DNA of 64,000 bases from Octopus sinensis (Eukaryota), in NCBI RefSeq assembly GCF_006345805.1, contig NC_043009.1, forward strand, positions 39,556,001 to 39,620,000, written 5' to 3'. This document shows, in pieces, positions 1-13,109 of this stretch (within the stretch, counting starts at the first letter, position 1; each line of letters opens with the position of its first letter). The translations under genes were made by a program, and so were the position numbers. Under the pieces are notes generated by a model. The model was given only the letters and a program-made list of their open reading frames with translations. It was not told where the DNA came from and did not search any database.

Positions 1-96
1 GCTCAAGAACACAACACGCAGCCCGGTCCCGGATTCGAGCTCACAACCTCACAATCGTAAGCTCGACGCTCTAACCACTGAGCCATGCGCCTTCAC
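1..96 (-). mobile_element. 5' head of tRNA-derived SINE (cut by window edge)
   Basis: Reverse strand reads GTGAAGGCGCATGGCTCAGTGGTTAGAGCG...GAGCTCGAATCCGGG, i.e. Pol III A and B boxes, followed by GTGTTCTTGAGC as in the copies at 44240-44555 and 46399-46647. Confidence 0.8.
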
Positions 97-229
97 ATAT
101 ATATATATATATATACATATGTGTGTGTGTATGTGTGCGTGTGTGTGTGTCTATATGCGTCTGTGTGTGTCTCTGTATGTGTTTATGTATGCACATAATT
201 ATCTATGTATGCTTATGTGTTTTGTGTTT

Positions 230-400
230 GTGTTTCTTCCTCACAACCGCTTGACAACCAGTTGTTGTTTTTATTCTTTCTCGATAACCTGTGGTTCGGC
301 AAAACAAACCCATAGGGTGAGTATTTATTTGACTACGCCCTTCAACACGTTGCCCCTGTCTCGGCACAGTTCGGTGAATGAAATAAGTAAAGGATAAAAC
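230..400 (+). mobile_element. Degenerate 3' half of microsatellite-containing SINE (family B)
   Basis: CGCTTGACAACC...GGTTCGGCAAAA...GAAATAAGTAAAGGATAAAA follows a (TA)/(TG) tract and parallels the 3' half of 29960-30486. Confidence 0.5.
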
Positions 401-571
401 ATTAAAAGCTCCGAATTTTTTTATTTAATGTTCACTACATTAATAATGCGATAGTTTACTAGCTACTGTTTTTTATGCAGATGGAGTGTCTAGAGTACTT
501 ATCTTTAATCTTTTGTTGCTGAGTTTTTACATATATTAATTACTCAAGCCTGTGCGTCTATTGTATATAAC

Positions 572-892
572 CTCTCGAAAGAGCTGTTCTTCACCCCTGC
601 TCCAGCCAGAGCGTCGGCTGCGGGGTCACTCCGAAAAGCTCTATCTGCGACGATTTAATCTCAATCGAAGGAGAGGGGGCTTTCTCCGTGCGGGTTGCGG
701 ATCCGTGGAATAAGCTGCCGGATGAGATAGTGAAGATGCCGACGACCGCTCGGTTCAAAGTCTCTCTTGACCAGAAATGGCCTGAACTCTTTGTATGAAC
801 ACCTTCCCTGTACATAACTCTATGTCCCCCTACATGGCCTCGCTTTTTGCTTTTTGAGCCCCAAAATTAACTTAACTTAACTTAACTTAACT
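572..892 (+). mobile_element. 3' end of CR1/L2-clade LINE with (TTAAC)n tail
   Basis: 621-798 translates, with one +1 frameshift near 678, to RGHSEKLYLRRFNLNRRRGAFSVRVADPWNKLPDEIVKMPTTARFKVSLDQKWPELFV*, the typical CR1 ORF2 C-terminus. A short 3' UTR and TTAAC repeats follow at 867-892. Confidence 0.85.
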
Positions 893-1165
893 AGTCATTC
901 TCGCATCACATTTCACTAGCTGTATGACGTCAATATTTCACTGAGAAGCCTCCAATTAAACCAAAATATGACCTGAGTTACCTCCCGTACCTTAGTGAAA
1001 TTACTCCAGCGTTATTCGCTCAAGAGCAATTCTCTTCTCTTCATCCTACAAATATTCTATTTAAGTTTTTAATGTTCATCCCATTCAGCTTGTTAACAAT
1101 AACTTAATTGTTGCTTTTAATTCCGATGGTGTCTTGTTAGCTTCTGTTTTCTTTTTAATACTCAC

Positions 1166-1222
1166 TGCATTATACACGCTAACATTGGCTTAGCTTTAAC
1201 AATATATTCTATATTGTCAGAC
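1166..1222 (-). CDS. Candidate 57-nt internal exon (unverified)
   Basis: Acceptor ttatctgttgcatccattttcag|G and donor GCA|gtgagt; one open frame (phase 2-2) reads SDNIEYIVKAKPMLACIM. No recognisable homology. Confidence 0.25.
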
Positions 1223-1496
1223 CTGAAAATGGATGCAACAGATAATTTCCTACTAACGGAACTGGTGACAGACAATAATAATAATAATAATAATCTCAGA
1301 CGTATTTGTTAGTTATGAATTGGTTATGTGGAGTGTGTGTATATGAAGTGTGTGTGTGATGTATACATATGTATATATATAAACACACACACACACACGC
1401 ACACACACACACATATATATATACATACATATGCATATATATATATATATTTATGATATACATACATACATATATATATATAAATATATATATATA

Positions 1497-2485
1497 CGAG
1501 GGACGTTCAATAAGTAATGCCTCTGACCCACTTGCAATTGTTTGATCTAGCTGAAATTTTGCATGTGCAATCATTTATATTTCTATAGAGTAAGTGGCAA
1601 ATTACAGCTCTGAATTAATTGTGGTGTCTGATTTACAAGTGTGAAATGGAGCCTGTTGAGTGTCGATCAGTGATCCGGTTTTTGTATTTGAAAGGACGCA
1701 CACCACGGGAGACTTTTGATGAAATGAAAGTAACTTATGGTGATGATGCCCCATCATATGACCTTGTAAAACGCTGGCATCGTGAATTCAAACATGGTCG
1801 GAACTCTGTGAAAACAGCTCCCAGATCTGGTCCCCCCCCTTCTGCCATTGATGAGGCATCTGTCCGTCAAGTTGAGGCTGCCATTTTGAAAGATCGACGC
1901 ATAATTATTCGCCAAATAGCCCATGAGGTCAAGATTAGTACCGGATCTGTGGAAACTATCATTCATGACCATTTGCATATGCAAAAGGTGTCTACCAGAT
2001 GGATTCCCAGATTGCTCACGCCTTTCCAGAAGCAAGAACGCGTCGAGTGCTCGAGGGTGAATTTGGAGATGTGCCAAGATGAGTCAAAATTTTTCAAAAG
2101 ACTGATTACACAGGATGAAACCTGGGTCCACAACTCGCTTGTCGCCAGATCAGAAGCACAGGCGTATGGCTATGAACTCCTCCCCATCCCCCCTACTTTC
2201 CTTACCTTGCACCCTCTGATTTTCACCTCTTCTCAATCATGAAGTTGTTTTTGAAAGGAAAGCGTTTCCCAGATGATGCAGCCTTGATTTCTGAAGTCAC
2301 GTTGAGGTTGGAGGACCAAGCTGGGTTCTTCTACAAAAACGGTCTCCAGAGCCGCATCAAACGATGGAAGAAATGCGTAACTCTGGGTGGTTCCTATGTC
2401 GAAAAAGACTAATATCTGTGCCAAGTTTCGTTGCTCTATTGCTATGGGAAGTGGGTCAGGGGCATTACTTATTGAACGCCCCTCG
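1497..2485 (+). mobile_element. Mariner transposon with internal deletion (989 bp)
   Basis: TA flanks at 1495-96 and 2486-87. TIRs are CGAGGGACGTTCAATAAGTAATGCC and GGCATTACTTATTGAACGCCCCTCG. Transposase remnant inside. Confidence 0.95.
1646..2412 (+). pseudogene. Mariner transposase pseudogene
   Basis: MEPVECRSVIRFLYLKG...RWIPRLLT...ITQDETWVH jumps directly to ...GYELLP, with a frameshifted PPYSPDLAPSDF-like motif and end GGSYVEKD*. The second catalytic D region is deleted. Confidence 0.9.
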
Positions 2486-2788
2486 TATATATATATATAT
2501 ATGTAAACACATATATATGCAGGAGCAATTGTATTTGAATGTTATAGATATTGACTGCAGAAATACGTATGAATCGTCCAAACCATATTACCTATGTAAT
2601 CTATAGTAGGGGCAACCAACCATATGGCCGGGGACCTAGTCTAAGGCCATGGATTAATTGGTACCGGGTCACATGGTATTAATGAACTTTGAAATTTTAT
2701 TTCTATTTTAATGACTTTAGCAACACGTAGGATAGCTTTGCATTATATACTTATGTATATGTAATATATATTCAACAAATATATATAA

Positions 2789-3190
2789 GCGTGACTGTGT
2801 GATAAAACGCTTGCTTTCCAACCGCACGGTTCTGGGTTCAGTTCCATTGCGTTGTACACTGGGCGAGTGTCTTCTACTTTAGCCTCGTTCTGACCACAGT
2901 CTTTTGAGTCGATATGGTAGACGGAAACTGAAAGAAACCCGTCGTATTTATACATGTATGTATATTTCTACGTGTGTGTGTCTTTATGTCTCGATTTGTA
3001 CACCCATCATCATTTGGCAACCGGTGTTGGTGTGTTTCTGCCTCCATAACTTAATGTTTCGGCAAAGAGACCGATATAATAAGTACTAGGTTTTAAAATA
3101 TGTCCTGGATTCGAAATTTCGACATAATCACTTCGAGGTGGTGATGTAGCATGGCCGCAGTCAAATAACTGAAAGCAGTAAAAGAATAAA
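2789..3190 (+). mobile_element. tRNA-derived SINE family B with internal microsatellite
   Basis: Collinear with 29960-30486 and 54287-54775: GGTTCAGTTCC head, GGTAGACGGAAACTGAAAGAA.CCCGTCG, (TA/TG) tract, and a tail ending AAAAGAATAAA. Confidence 0.85.
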
Positions 3191-3300
3191 GATTAAAAGA
3201 ACATTAATATATGCAATAATTATATGTCATATACTTTATTGTGTTTTGTAACGCGCATGATCTTCTGGCCCGTGGAGTTATTGTTTGCAATAGTTTGCAA

Positions 3301-3531
3301 TATTTCTTTACTACCCACAAGGGGCTAAACACAGAGAGGACGAACAAGGACAGACAAACGGATTAAGTCGATCATATCGACCCCAGTGCGTAACTGTACT
3401 TATTTAATCGACCCCGAAAGGATGAAAGGCAAAGTCGACCTCGGCGGAATTTGAACTCAGAACGTAACGGCAGACGAAATACCGCTAAGCATTTCGCCCG
3501 GCGCGCTAACGTTTCTGCCAGCTCGCCGCCT
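3301..3531 (-). mobile_element. SINE family A (Meta-domain-like core), tail type 2
   Basis: Reverse strand AGGCGGCGAGCTGGCAGAAACGTTAGC...GAGTTCAAATTCCGCCGAGGTCGACTTTGCCTTTCATCCTTTCGGGGTCGAT...AGCCCCTTGTGGGTAGTAAAGAAATA. More than 15 related copies in the window; the Meta-domain label is from recall. Confidence 0.85.
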
Positions 3532-6500
3532 AATACCGTTCTGCAAATTCAAAAAGGTTTGAGCCGTTTTTCTTTAAAAGGATAATTAAAACGTTCTGCA
3601 CATCAAGATGACACGAGACATACTCCCTTAAAAAGCATAACGAAGAGGGTCCTTTTTATATTGTCCAGTCACTTGTTCTTCAAATCCGTGTTGCTAAAAT
3701 GCATGTACAATTATCATACACGGAGATACATAAATACACATAAATACACATGCCGTAGGATTGAGCAAGAGTGTAATCTACATATTAGACTTTCGTTCAG
3801 TTACCTTCTGTGCTGCACTGATAAGAGAATGCTATAGAAAGTTTTCAATTCTTTTCAATGTTAGATATTTACAAATAGTTTACAGAAGAAGACGAGAAAG
3901 CAGTATGAAGGCAAATATTAGTTGTTTCTTAATTTTGGTTCTTGCCAGACTTTCAAAGATTTATGTGTTTTCATAATTAAAATCAAGAGACTTTGATAAA
4001 ACTTCTATATCTTAAATTTCTCTTTTTCGCTGTCACTGCTACTGTCGTTTTAAAGGCGCCATAACCAGTTAATAGCAGTACGCTAAAAGTTGTGGCATAA
4101 ATTTAGAATAAAACAGAACCAATATGGTAATAGATAAGTGATTATTTACAGCTGCTATACAATAACATTGATTGAATACTAGACACGCTAATACTGAAAT
4201 ATACACATATATGGACAGCTAGTTTAATCTCTTCCGGTCAAACTCAGTTTAACATAAAAATAATATTTGTCTTTTGCCATTAATTATAATTTAAAATTTT
4301 GAATAATTTTAAATAATGTTAAAAATGTAAGTAAAATCCTCGAAATTAACATTGCAAATGGCTTCGGTAGAATATTAACGTGCTAAGTATCCTTTGGCAG
4401 TATATCGCTGTTGAATATTTAGAATTTAAATAACACAGGAGTCTTTGTAAACCGAATTGATTAATAAGCAAAGAAATATTTCTATAGAGTCTTCTAGATA
4501 AAATTAACGTCGGGTATGAAACAATAAATAACCATTTAGATTAGCCCAGCAGTACGCATAATTATGACTTCAAAAATACATAAAGATCCAAAATGAGCTC
4601 TTCAAATAAAGATGTTCAAAAATTAAATTAAATTTTCACTTTATCACTTCTAATGTGTATGCATATTTGCATGAAAATTAATACATAGATACACACGCAT
4701 AAACACACACACACACACCTATATATATATATATGTATGTGCATGCATGCATGTATGTATGTATGTATGTATATCTGTTTGTATGTGTATATAGATTCGT
4801 AATGAATTTCAGGAATTTAACGTGATTGTGATCAAGCTGCGGGAGACAAGACGTGTGACTAAGGAAATCCATCTATAATCAGGATATTCAGAACGTTGGA
4901 CAATAATGATTCTATAATTTAGTGGAAAACCAAACCATAGAAACCTCTTGCATCAAAGCGAACTACTCTTAAAAGTTTTAAAATAATTAGCATGTGAGCT
5001 CATTATGGATTATAATGTTTCAGCAGAAATAGGAGACTTGGGAATTCAATGATTTCCAGGCGTCTTAATTAAGTTTATTCTCTTTGCTTCCATAGTTCAA
5101 ATCCTACAGGACTAGTCTTTTATACAACTAACTAGAGTTTTCATGGGACATGCTGGGGCAGAGGAACTGACAATTTTATTTTGAAAATCTGAATGTAGTC
5201 AAAGGATAGTTATATATATATATTTTACTATTGTTATTTTTGCATAGATTATCAGAGGAAGAAATTAACAGCCATTGAAATATTGCAGAATCCAAATCTG
5301 CTAGAGCAGAGGGAAAAAGAAATTAACGCTGAATGTTTATCTGTAGATAAATGACATATTCTGTGCACTGATAGCAGAAAGGATAAGCTAAAACGTGATG
5401 GTGTTAAACCGGGCCAGGAATGTAGTCTTCTTCTCAAAAATTATGTATATTGCCCAGTTTTAAATACACCATACTATATTATTTATATAAACCATAGTTT
5501 AATTTATACCGATAGTGACTTTTTATTTCGTATAAAATATCTTTATTAAATTAATTTTAGTTAAACATTAAAATATATCAATAGTGCTGTGACAAATGTT
5601 CTTGCTAGTAAAGCGACAGATTCCCGGTCAGTGCTTGCGTCAATTTCCATTCATATCTGTATAGATTCTTTTGAATGACTTCACTAATATCTCTTAAAAA
5701 CTCATAAATGCCACTCATAAATCTCACCCCCCGCCTCTCTCACTAAAAATTGGAAGTGTTATATTTGCTAATAAACGACGCTTACTATTCTATTAAGCGA
5801 CGCGGTCATCACTGCAGTGTATAAAAATAATTTTGTTTCAAATAGATTTGCGGTATTCTGAAACTGCCGCATTGTAACATGAACGTTTGATAGTTGGTTG
5901 TTTGGTTGATGGATTAAATTGAACTTGTTGATCATTATTTCTGTCGAAAAATAATTTCATTCACTATTCATCTAAGTTTTAACTCCAAGTTGTAACCCGT
6001 TAGACCAGTTAGGTTAATCTGGCTTGATCTTTAAATTGCTCAAACGTCATTTACTTCCAAGCTAATTCTCAATTGACTTCTATTTATTGCAATTTTATGT
6101 CTCCCAGCTAATGGCAAAATTTTAAGTCAATAATGTTTGATATAAATTTCCGTTTTCTTTAAATTATAAATTAACCTAAATGAAATATGAATCATCGTAA
6201 GAGAAAGAAAGTACTGAGTAGCCACATTTCCGGTGATAAGCAAACCGTTTTTTTTATTAACCTATCGCTAAAGGACAATTTCTTAAGAATAGTCTGTCTA
6301 AATTTGAATTAGTTTACAGGATAAACTTTGAAGTTAAACTAGTTGCATTTAGTTTTATTCTTTTTTGAATTAAAATTTAAATTAAAAATTAAAAAAATGG
6401 CCATTAATATTTATTTATTTATCTAATTAGTGTGAATAAATGAAATCGAAGGAAATAAAAGGAGAAAACTTCTCAATGTTCAGGAAGAAAACTAAAAAAA

Positions 6501-6835
6501 ATATAAATGAAAAGGTCAAATTTATTGGCATTTAAAAATGAATCTACAATATACTTCAACAATATTTTATAAATTAAATTCTGTTTCCGATGATAATATG
6601 GTAGATACATACACATATACATATGCGACCATGCAAACAGAGAAACATAGGTCCATATGTGTGTGAGATGATATATATATAAACTCATATCTAATATATA
6701 TATATAAGAGAGTTGCTGGATATATTACACATCGCACAACGTATGTGAAAAGCAGTAGCAATATTACAGAAAATGGTGAAAACATTATATAGTTATACAA
6801 AGACATGACATATATATATATATATATATATGCAT

Positions 6836-6869
<34 letters not shown>

Positions 6870-7329
6870 ATTTAATAAAGTTATTTAACGTTGTAGCATT
6901 TAAAAGCTGTTAAAAAGTTCATGCAAAAAATTGTTAACGATGGCAGATGAGAGATAAGCTTGATATTGTAGAGGTAAAAACAGCGTTACAGTCAATCACT
7001 CGCCACTATCAGGCAGTAGAACGATGATGCCTCAGTGATTCTAGGCTTCTAGTCATCTTAGTCTTCTAGCGATCTTAGTCTTCCATTCATAGAAACCTGA
7101 AGTGAGCAATGTGGCAAATTCTGTAGGTTTTTTTTATATTCAGGCTTTTCACCTGGAGAAGGTTTGGGGCGCATTGGCTCGAAAATGTCTTGAGTTTCTT
7201 TGTTTACTTAATAATAGCAATAGCGGATAATGTCTCAATTCAAAGGTCTTCTATATTTATGATAATACTGAACAGAATTTTCTGTTGAAAGTCAATATAC
7301 AAATTGTTGTTTGCAGAGAATTCAAATGA

Positions 7330-7620
7330 TCCTCTTTCGCCGACTATTTGGGTTTCTTTGGCTGTAGCTCTTCGTCTTTAAAATCCTTCCTTCCTCTACT
7401 CTCCTTACAGACCTTTATCCCTATTACTTCTTCTGTTAGAACTTGTTATCTTTAGGTCCTGTCTATGTCTATATACTAGATTCCATGTCGTATTCTGTGA
7501 CATGTATTTCATCTACCCTCTATTCTATAAGTTGAAAATGTCTCACTTCAATCCTTCAAAATATCATTTTACCTCCACACTGTACAGAAATGTTTTTTGA
7601 GCATTGGCTATGGGTAGTTT
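7330..7620 (-). mobile_element. Heavily decayed RTE-like LINE 3' coding fragment
   Basis: Weak, frame-broken resemblance to the RTE C-terminal W-G-H-x-x-R ... G-x-R-x-x-G-R region. Confidence 0.3.
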
Positions 7621-8364
7621 TCAGCAATCTCGACGGAACCAATACAAATGAATTATTGCAGACTTATGGTTGTAGTCTACGATGTTACATAGAGATATTC
7701 TGGTCTTTCAGTATTTTCCATTAGTCTGTAATTGCCTTTCACTTCGGGCCATTCCTAAAATTATTTTCGTCGAATGTGGTTATATCTTCTTCCGTTGTCT
7801 GGGCTGTACAGGCAACATTCGGTTGCAGCAATACACACCTTGCTTTAATATTATTACTGGCTAGTTAGGGCACACCTGAGTGTGTCAAAACTTTATGGAA
7901 CCTTCACTTCATTAGCAAAAACTTGCAGGACACTTTCCTGGTATTTATACATAGCATAAATGAAATGCAGAAAAAAAAAGTCCTTACTGATATGCATGTT
8001 AAACAACATTTTGAAATTGTAACGATGCACTAGACACCAGTGTTTTTTCTCTTTCAAGATTGGCAAGCGTGCTAACTTACTACGAATATTAACTTTGGTT
8101 ACGCTGGTTTATCATATACCAGCTTAACGAGAGCAGATTTAACGGAGTTTCACTACATACATACATACATACATACATACATACATACATACATTCATAC
8201 ATACATACATACATACATACATACATACATACATACACAGACAAACATGCATGCACACACAAGCACAAACACACACACACACACACTATTCAACTAGTTT
8301 CAGCTTGAATGCTGTGGCCATGCAAGGACGCCACCGTTAGATTTGCTATGCTTTGGCATTTGGC

Positions 8365-8980
8365 CGATGAAAGAAGGTAATGCAGCAGCCCTCCTTTTCG
8401 CTTCCTGTCGTGAGGTAGGAAGTTTTGAAAGAGATCCGGTTTCATTCATTTAAAACACTTATATCCACACTATTCAGGTATCTCAAGCTTTTAGGGAAGA
8501 TTTTTAAGAGCTGTGGATATTTGAAACCCGTTCTGCTGTTTGTGTACCTTTTAATGTTAAAAATTTGTGCAAGTCCTTCAACGATTGTCCAGGTTTATAT
8601 CATTGCATATCTGTCTCACCTTCGCTCTAGAAACTAGAGTTTTACGTTTTTCAGCATTTCCCAGAAGCTGACATGCTGCATTAGAACGGTCTTCTTTGTG
8701 CATCTTCGCTGGATTGCTTTAAAGTTACGCCTTTAATTTTACCCCGTGTGTTTGTCATAGTCGTAAGCAGTAGTCTATAAGGTTGAAGACATGTACTCGA
8801 GAGGTTCATCATGGTTTCCTGTTATCTCGCTGTGGAAGTTCTAAGGATAGATCCGGCCAGTAGTTTGCATTTTATTGACAACTTTGTAATATGTAGCTGG
8901 AAAGATGCATCATTACTAATGTCAATGCACAGGTCGCACTCTGATTTCGCTTCATGTATTGCAAACCTTCTTGTTGTATG

Positions 8981-9014
<34 letters not shown>

Positions 9015-9110
9015 TGCATGTATGTATGTATGTATGTATGTATGTATGTATGTATGTATGTATGTATGTCTTAGAGCCACTGTTATCCATTGTGGGCCTG
9101 TCAGACATAT
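8365..9110 (-). mobile_element. CR1/L2-clade LINE ORF2 3' fragment interrupted by (TACA)n
   Basis: Translates to DLCIDISNDASFQLHITKLSIKCKLLAGSILRTSTAR and FKAIQRRCTKKTVLMQHVSFWEMLKNVKL*FLERR*DRYAMI*TWTIVEGL, then a RRAAA-like terminus. (TATG)n insert at 8976-9069. Confidence 0.75.
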
Positions 9111-9148
9111 AATATATATATATATGTGTGTATATATATATTATAAAC

Positions 9149-9180
<32 letters not shown>

Positions 9181-9319
9181 TTCTATGTTGGGTCGGAGGT
9201 CAAGGAAATGCTTCAGTGCACGCAGTCCCTCGTGGTGTCAAGAATGAAGAGAAGTTTAGAGGGGCCAGGAGGGAAGGAGAAAGAGTTGTACAGACGAAGC
9301 ACGTGGTTGGTGTCATGGA

Positions 9320-9368
<49 letters not shown>

Positions 9369-9800
9369 CCACTGGGTGGGGGTGGGGCACGGACAGGGTC
9401 AAGATATTTGGAGATAAGCTCGGTGGTGCAGTTACAGGCGGAGACAATGGGGCGGCCAGGGTTGTTAGGTTTGTGGATTTTGTGGAGGAAGTAAATGGTG
9501 GGAGTGAGGACAATGAGGTCGGAGGCGGTGTGAGAGAGACAAGAGGAAGAGATTAGGTCATGGATAATGGAGGACACAGTCTGTTGGTAGCTGGGCGTGG
9601 GGTCAGAGGACAGCGGGCAGTAGAAGGAGGTGTCTTGAAGTTAGCGGAGAGCTTCGGCCTTATAGAGGTCCGTGCGCCAGACCACCACGGCTCCACCCTT
9701 GTCGGCCGGTTTTATAATGATGTCAGTGCGGCGTCGGAGGTATCGAAGGGCCGAGAGTTCTGCTGGGGAGATGTTAAGACGACAGGGACGCCTGTGCATG
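9181..9800 (-). mobile_element. Penelope-like retroelement RT N-terminal fragment
   Basis: NISPAELSALRYLRRRTDIIIKPADKGGAVVVW, IYFLHKIHKPNNPGRPIVSACNCTTELISKYLD, and after a (GA)n insert YIHDTNHVLRL...HEGLRALKHFLDLRP. These are Penelope RT motifs. Confidence 0.9.
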
Positions 9801-10254
9801 TGTGATGTATATGTGTGTGTGTATGTCTTCACAGATGAACATATACCTCTGATTTTTTTTCTTTGCTTTATCTCCTTTTCCCGAAGCATCATTATCGCTT
9901 TACTCCCAGAGATTACTTTCATTTTGTATTGAGTTGATTTATTGTTTATTGAAAAATTATTACAATAAATATGAGCGTTTTATCATCAGACTCATTCACA
10001 ACCTCACATACACACACACACGCTTTTGTATACGTATAGCCACATCTCACCCTCTAGCTACCTATCTATATATATGTCTGATTGTCTGTTCGTCCGTCCG
10101 TCTTTCCGTGTGTCTGTCTATCTATCATTTTATCTATGTATGTGTGAGTTTATTTATTATATATGTGTGTGTGAGTGTGTGTATACATGCGCGTATGTAT
10201 ATGCATGTGTGAGTGTCCTTGGTATGTGTGTGAGAGAGAGAGAGAAAGATAAAC

Positions 10255-10315
<61 letters not shown>

Positions 10316-10702
10316 GCATGTCTGTTTAAAAGCAGAGAAAAAGTAACTAACAACATTTAGTCTACAACGAAACCGGAAAAATCACGGCGACAGACAATTG
10401 TTTACAACTATTGAAGCATGCCACCATTTTGACCCCCTCCACAATAAAATACAAAAGAGACCACAGCTTGACTAACTTCACCACAAACTGATCTCATGCT
10501 AAGAATTACAAATATCTGAAAGCAGCTTATCGTCTGCCGACTTTCCCGCTTGGAGGCAAGCTAAGTGTCGTTTGTCATTTCTACTGAACAGATAGTGTAC
10601 TTTTGAATCTGACAAACATTAGTTGATAGACGATCCGACATTTAGCAGTAAGTGGAATGTTGCAAACGTTATGACATTTCAGTTTTCTACACTTACATAC
10701 AT

Positions 10703-10735
<33 letters not shown>

Positions 10736-10848
10736 CGTCTATACATTGTACATAAACAAGCACACGCACACGCGTACACACACACACACATATGTACACA
10801 CACACACACATATATGTCACTGCAAATATGTTTTTATGGATATATAAT

Positions 10849-10891
<43 letters not shown>

Positions 10892-10980
10892 TGTGTGTGT
10901 GTGTGTGTGTGTTTGTGTGTGTATATATGTGTGTGTGTGTGTGTGGGTGTATATATATATATATATAATATATATATATA

Positions 10981-11203
10981 TAAACATATATATAATATAA
11001 ATATCGGTTAGGTGATGCCAACAGGAAATAGATCAAAACACATATTCATAGATATATGTAGACAAACACACATATATAATTGTGTATATATATATATGCA
11101 TGTATATATAAAGATCTATATAAATGTACATACCTACGTATATATATAATATATATATATATATCTATATATTATATTATATATATATATATATATATAT
11201 ATC

Positions 11204-11276
<73 letters not shown>

Positions 11277-11349
11277 ATATATATATATAAACATATATAT
11301 AATATAAATATCGGTTAGGTGATGCCAACAGGAAATAGATCTCAAAACA
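10981..11349 (+). repeat. About 60-bp direct repeat pair, 308-bp period, within (TA)n field
   Basis: TAAACATATATATAATATAAATATCGGTTAGGTGATGCCAACAGGAAATAGATC occurs at 10981 and 11289. Confidence 0.9.
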
Positions 11350-11536
11350 TGAGTATATGATTGTGTGTATATGTATAAATGTATATGTATATATATATTA
11401 TATATATATATAATATATATATATTATATATATATATATATTATATAATATATATATATATGTACATATATATTCTATTATATCTATATATATATATATA
11501 TGATATATATATATATATATGTACATATATATCTAT

Positions 11537-11578
<42 letters not shown>

Positions 11579-11613
11579 ATATATATATAATATATATTAT
11601 ATATTTATATATA

Positions 11614-11667
<54 letters not shown>

Positions 11668-11929
11668 TATATATATATTAATACTCCGGTGAATGTACAG
11701 AGTAACTGAATATTCAATGCCCACGGGTTCCGTGCATTGGCATTTATCAAATCCAATTCAAATCAAGGGAATATACATTTATAAACCGGTGATAATAGCA
11801 TTTCATTTTTCTTATGATTTGTTCCCTAAATAATAGAGAGGGAGGTAATAATATTATCACAACTATATAAATATATGTTTATAAATATATGTTTATATAT
11901 GTTTATATATATATATATATATATATATA

Positions 11930-11971
<42 letters not shown>

Positions 11972-12904
11972 GTGTCTCCGTGTGTCTGTGTGTCTGTGCG
12001 TGTTCCTCTGTTTTTGCATGTTTCTTTGTGTGTGTATATATATACACTCATATGTATACGTATATACTTATTTGCATATGCCTGTACGGGCTTTATAATT
12101 GTCTACATTTGTGTGCTTGGTTTTATGTTTGTAAATGCGTGCGTGTGATTATGAACCCCGTAACCCGACTTGCGATCACACCCATCTCCTAACGTACATG
12201 CATTTAATACAAAACACGGATTGTTCAGTGTAGCAACGAAGTAATACCATACACGTTGGCTGTATCATATCGTGATTGATGAAAGAATTCTGACGTCGAC
12301 AGGAAGAAAATTTAAGTCCGATGATAATGAATGATCAAGTTGTACCGAAGAATCGTATTTCTCGGGGAACAATGCATTTTTTTGTTATCCTACCACGCAC
12401 CAGGATATTTTCATGACATATTATATAGACATGGAAATGTTTTCAGCAATGGATCTACATTTGCACACATTAAAACAGTGTTCATTGCTGCTCTCTGAAT
12501 TTTACATCTGGCATGGAGCAACACGTGACGAATGGATTAGAAGCGTTGGTAAAGCGTCATGAGATGAATTACTTTTTAAATATCAAACAAGGATTACAGA
12601 TAATAAAACATTTTTATTTTTTAAAACTAAGAGATGTAAACCACAAATAGTTGAAAAGAGAACAAATAAACGTTATTCTTCCTTAAAGCCAAGCATGGTG
12701 GTTGCTTTTACGATTGCAAGAAAATATAATTAACTGAACTGTACTATTAAGCTGAGTCGCCATCCATCCTGTATCCCTTTGGAATCCTGTCTTTGGAATC
12801 CCGGCAAAAACAGGTATTTTTGTTCTTTTTCTGCCTGAAGGAAGAAATGATAATCAGACCATGGTATTTACAGGTCTGCCGAGGCCGGTGACTTAATGCT
12901 GTAA

Positions 12905-13109
12905 CCGTATTTCCCAGCGCACAAGTCTTCATAATATATGGTGTAAATATGCAGGGTAAACCTTCAAACATTGTCACTGTCTTCATATCCTGCTGCATTT
13001 CACATGGAATTTTTGGTCCTCCACTTTCGCCGAGCTGTATAAGTCGACCTATCTGATGTGGCTGTAAAACTTGGTCTGAAAATTACGACTTGTATGCCGG
13101 AGAATACGG
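12905..13109. mobile_element. pogo/Tigger-like MITE (205 bp)
   Basis: Left end CCGTATTTCCCAGCGCACAAGTC versus reverse complement of right end CCGTATTCTCCGGCATACAAGTC (18/23 identical). TA follows the right end; no coding capacity. Confidence 0.65.

Noticed and set aside
4800-5450. Possible MULE-like transposase remnant (IMDYNVSAEIG...FPGVLIK)
   Set aside because: Only a faint motif echo amid many stops; cannot be supported without a profile search.
10500-10650. Possible conserved miRNA (AGGCAAG seed-like sequence)
   Set aside because: The match to miR-31/72 ends after 7 nt and no convincing hairpin is present.
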